Assembly (NCBI RefSeq): GCF_009914755.1
Contig: NC_060932.1
Origin: the human T2T-CHM13v2.0 reference genome, Homo sapiens
Direction: 5' to 3' (one strand)
Length of the DNA: 64,000 bases
Shown piece after piece: positions 59,035 through 64,000 of this stretch. The notes below the pieces were generated by a model. The model was not told the origin of the DNA and made no database searches. It saw only the letters and a list, made by a program, of their open reading frames with translations. Position numbers and translations under genes: made by a program. Numbering within the stretch: the first letter of the stretch is position 1; the number at the start of each line of letters is the position of its first letter.

Positions 59035-59566
59035 GTGGCTAAAAGCATCAACTTTGGAATCATATAGATTCAGATTAAAACCTGCATTCTCCAGTTGACA
59101 ACTCCGTGTCCTTGGGAAAGTTAACACCAGCTCATGAGATAACAAAAGTGTTAATGAAAAGTGTGAATGTGCCCAGGGCATATACAGAAGAGATTTGCCT
59201 CAAACTATTCTATATATGTTGGAGCATGAATAATTATTTTAAAAAATAGCACTTCATGTAATAAATTGTCTTACAGAATGAGAGGTGATATATGTCACAA
59301 AACACTCCTTTTTGTGCAACAAACGCCAGCCAAATATGAAGGAAATATTATTACTATTAGAGTAAAGCTATCCCATCCATAAAACCTAAGAGGTTAACAA
59401 GAAAAATATGGCTTCCATTTGGGGACTTTTTTGATTTGACTGTCTCATATTGAGGTGAGAAAATTATAACTCTGAAGAGGAACAGTATCATTCCTAAGTC
59501 CTGAGACATATTAGAAAAACTCATCAAAGAATATCCTTCTTCAATCGTGCTTTGATTCTGTAACAG

Positions 59567-59760
59567 TAGGCATCGGCAAACTATTCTTAAAGGGTGGCTA
59601 GTATACCCTTGGACTTTTCAAGCCATACAATCTTTGTTCCAACTATTCCACTCTGCCAGGTAGTGGGACATAGGGAATGTTAAGTAAATGTGTCTGACTA
59701 TGTAACAAACTATTCATAAGAACAACGGCCAGCCTGCATGCTGTGGTTTGCCAAACCCTG
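59567..59760 (+). mobile_element. MER58-like MITE, diverged
   Basis: Terminal inverted repeat pattern ggcatcggcaaactatt..taaaggg...gtttgccaaaccctg. Confidence 0.7.
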
Positions 59761-61459
59761 TGTTAAAGTGGCATCTTGACCTGAAGGATGTTCACTCTAA
59801 CTAGCATTCATAGTGCCCTCTTTTATTCTCAAAAATGCCCTGGGGTACATAGCGCTGGTCCTGTGGCCACATAGGCCTAGAAGTCTCTGCTCTGCCCAGG
59901 ATCCAACAAAGGCACTTGATTGTGGAATACAAGGTGTATTTATTCACCTTGGAAGACCCCAAGTGTAGATAGGGACTGTCCTAGACATGTGGTACAATGG
60001 TCATCCCACATCTGCCTCACATTTCACAAAGATGAGCACATTCAGCAACCCCATGAGATATAACCTGCTCAAAGGAAGGGAAAGGATGTGTCATGGGTCT
60101 GTATTTGCTGAGTAACTACCCAGAGGCAGAGTTCCCAGGAAGCAAGTGAAGATGACTCTGCAGAGCCCTAACCACAAGGGCCACTCCCAAGACCCTAGAG
60201 AGGGCCTGCAGGGTATTCACACAGTCACAAGTGTGCATAAAGTGTGTGTGCATATAAGCATCAGGCCCTCCTTGACTTTGTAGACACTATTCCAGATGCT
60301 GGGTGAACACACTCAACAAAAGAGCTCTCAGAGGACTGGGATGGGGCTCAACCAATTCAGAACTATCACCTGCTCACTCACCCTCCAGAAATCATCGATG
60401 CAGGTATGGTGTTCAATTCACTTGTGCTGCCTCTCCCTCAAATTCTGGTTTATAACAGTGACTTAATAAATGTCTGTGAAATGTAGATATCAATGCATTC
60501 AATGCAGGAGAAGAGGTAAGTCATTCTAAAAGAAAATATTTTTAAAAAATGGTTTAGGGAGTTAAAGAGATTAGAAAAAAGGGAATTCAAATTATGAGAC
60601 AAAAGAAACAACCAATATTTTTTAAGTATATATTGAATTGAAAAATAAAGGGTGAAGCTGTGAAAGAGAGGATCTAGAAAGATTAAAAGATGATATAATT
60701 TGGTTTCAAAGAGGATACGAAATGTTATAGAGGAACTGAAAAAGCAGTAGAAGACTGGACACTGAGAAGAGATACATAGAAAAACAGGAAATAAATGGCT
60801 ATGTTCCTTCTTGCTTGCTTGCTTTTGTTTTGGCAGAGGATAAAAGAGCTTTCCAAAACTTTAAAAAATCTATTACTGCCTAATGAGACCCATACTTAAC
60901 TCCAATTTACTCTCAGGGCAGTTAGCCCACCACCCCCAACTCTGCCAGCAGAACTCCACTGAGTAATGGGACTGTCACAGGACAATCCCACAGCTCCCCA
61001 CTGCTCCTTTCTTGTTTTTCTAAAGGAAGATTATCTAAGATTATAGCTAATTTATGACTACTTACGCCTCTCTTGCTACAGGTACTGACACTAATGGATC
61101 TTAGCTGCACTTGGCTGAGAAATAAATCGGTTCTATAGATCGGCAATAAACACAGCTACAGCAGGGAACGCAGCTTCAGCAGTCCACCTATGCCTGCGAG
61201 AAGAAAGGGATGGGCTAGACGGGGAATGGGAATTTGACTGCAGATTCATGTGTGTATGATGTGTGATTTGGATGGATGCCTAAACTGAGTTTTTTCTCTT
61301 TCCACACGCCAACGCCAGATACCTGGTTGCAGGCCTCTGGCTGCAGGAACCATATGTGCTGCTGGATGGGGTAGTGCAGCACAGGGACGTGAGAAGACCC
61401 ACTGTCCCCAGAGGCCTTCCCGACCAGAGTGCAGAGCGCCTGTGTCTCCACATGACTCA

Positions 61460-61838
<379 letters not shown>

Positions 61839-62806
61839 ACAAATAAACCATTCATACTGTAGTCCAGATATTCTTTCCAATCAGCCCTGCTACAAGATCT
61901 TGTGTTGGAAGCAATTTTCAAGCTTTTCCTCATGGAAGGAAAAAAGGACTTACTTATATTTTTAGCCTCTAAACAGTCACTTTGCACTTGAAACCTGTAA
62001 ACTTATTTGCTATACTTTATTTTTGAATATTTTGATGGCTGTCTCTGCCATAGCCACTCAACTGTGGTCTTCACACGTCTGTCATAAATGAACCCATATA
62101 TACATTAGGTCTGATACAAAACCAAAATATGTTATTAAGGGTTTGGGCAGATATATAAAAAGTTGAACACATTTTAGTTTACTGCTGTTCTTAAAGTGAT
62201 TACCAACTGCGGACCATTCTTGTACTTATGAAATAAAATATAAGCATGCCTGCTAACAATTCCAATTTTAGTACCTTAGCTAGAAATGGGTTTTGAATCA
62301 GTTCTAATGTTTATATTCATGTTACAATTATGACCAAATTATACTATTACTTTTAAAGATTTTGGAACTGTTGTTTAAATTTCTGGTTTGCTATTTAGGT
62401 ATGTTAAAAATGCAAATTGTTTACATAGTTCAAATCCCTAATCTAAGGCCACAGGAAATATAATACCTCAAAAACAAAAAACTAAACCAACAAAACTTAT
62501 GAGATCCATCCATTAATCCTTCTGCTTGTTTAACAAATACTAAGAATCAGGCATTGTTAGACATTTAAGGAGATAAGCCATACTCCTCCAGAATGTTCAC
62601 ATTTTAATATGGAGGTTGCACACATAAATAGTTGCAATGTACTGTAAGTATTTTAATATTAATAAGTGCAAAGTCCTGAAATATTACTAAAGAAAAAATA
62701 GCTCTGCAGGGGTAACAATATTAGGTGCCATAGAAAAGAAGAAATGCATTGCAGGAGGACATAAAGAGAGCTGCTGTGAACACTCAGGTCTAAGTAGGGA
62801 GAGGCC

Positions 62807-62987
62807 TTTATTTTTATTATTATACTTTAAGTTCTAGGGTACATGTGCACAACGTGCATGTTTGTTACATATGTATACATGTGCCATGTTGGTGTGCTGC
62901 ACCCATTAACTCGTCTTTTAGCATTACATATATCTCCTAATGCTATCCCTCCCCCCTCCACCCACCCCACAACAGGCCCCGGTGTGA
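62807..62987 (-). mobile_element. Short L1PA 3' end (~180 bp)
   Basis: ttattatactttaagttctagggtacatgtgcacaacgtgc...cacaacaggccccggtgtga; no clear TSD. Confidence 0.92.
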
Positions 62988-64000
62988 AGACACATAGTTA
63001 ATTATGGTAAAAATCTTTCATTTAAACAATTGCTCAGGAGCTAAAATTGTAGGGGAAAAATATAATTTAGAATGAATGTAAGCTTCTGTTTCTGGCTATG
63101 GTGTGATGGAAAGGAGACTAGTTTTCCCATTATAAACAATCACAAAAGAGGACAACATGTGTGAGCCCACAGCTTCCAAACACTGGACAACAAGCAGCCT
63201 AAGACTGGGGAGCCTGAGAAGAGGGAAACTCATGACAGTGGCCTCAGTTTCCCTTCGGGAGAAATCTCGCCCACACTGCACAGGGCACTAGAATCCCAGC
63301 ACAGCAAGGTGCAGCTGCACTCGAGGCTGCCATCCCAGTTCCGGAAAGCTGAAGCAGCTGGGAACAGGTGGCGGGACCTGCGGTGGGGAGTGGGCAGACA
63401 TTTACCTTGGGGCCCCCCACAGTCCTGGGGATGGCTGGCTGACACCTGAGCAAGAGGAACTGCATGAGGTATACACAGGGCAACTGCTGCAGGAAGTTGA
63501 ATCAGAACACGGTGATGGCTGTAACACCTCAGTAATACCCAGAGAGCAGCCAGACAGCAGCTTGCCAAGTCTTAACAGAATAACTTCTATCCTTATAAGG
63601 ATAAACTCTACTCAACAGAGCTGAAAACCAAGCCCTGCCAAGATTAGCATGGCCAACAGCATTTGGAAGTTCAGCCACCCCACATCAGCGGAGCTTAGGC
63701 AACATTCCTGGGGTTTCTACATTTCCACCCAAATGAAGCATAAAGCAAAACCTATGCAAATGCAAGGCGGAATCACAGTAATTGATATGCATTTAGAAAT
63801 TACGAGACAGAGAAGGAAGCAAAATTGGAATTCACACTTAGGAAAGTAATGAACCCCTGAATGATGGCTGTGATGTTTAATTTATCAGAAAAGGACATTA
63901 AAGCCACTATTATACATGTATTTAACAAATTAAAGAAGGTATGCTCTTATTGAATTAACATTTAAACAAATGTAGAAAGAAAATTAAGAATCATAAAAAT

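Overview
This is primate (human-like) genomic DNA, AT-rich and dense in repeats. It lies inside a minus-strand gene that I recognise as PXDNL (peroxidasin-like). Four coding exons (135, 209, 115 and 130 bp; probably exons 18-21) have GT-AG boundaries and join in one open frame, encoding the end of the peroxidase domain, a linker and the start of a coiled coil. The rest is intron, holding Alus, L1 fragments, MaLR LTRs, hAT MITEs, a two-LTR MER57-type provirus with a nested LTR2, and LTR9-like and LTR12C solo LTRs. The most notable observations are: (1) a 43-bp copy of a PXDNL intron/exon junction 1.5 kb upstream of the real exon, a possible decoy acceptor or poison exon; (2) a short L1 carrying a 3' transduction inside an AluY linker; (3) a collapsed inverted-Alu hairpin scar; (4) an old ~290-bp duplication bracketing a 3'UTR-like poly(A) cassette; (5) inverted Alus flanking an exon pair whose joint skipping shifts the frame. 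Repeat subfamily names and exon numbers come from recalled consensus sequences and annotation, not from a search. I found no convincing novel protein-coding gene.
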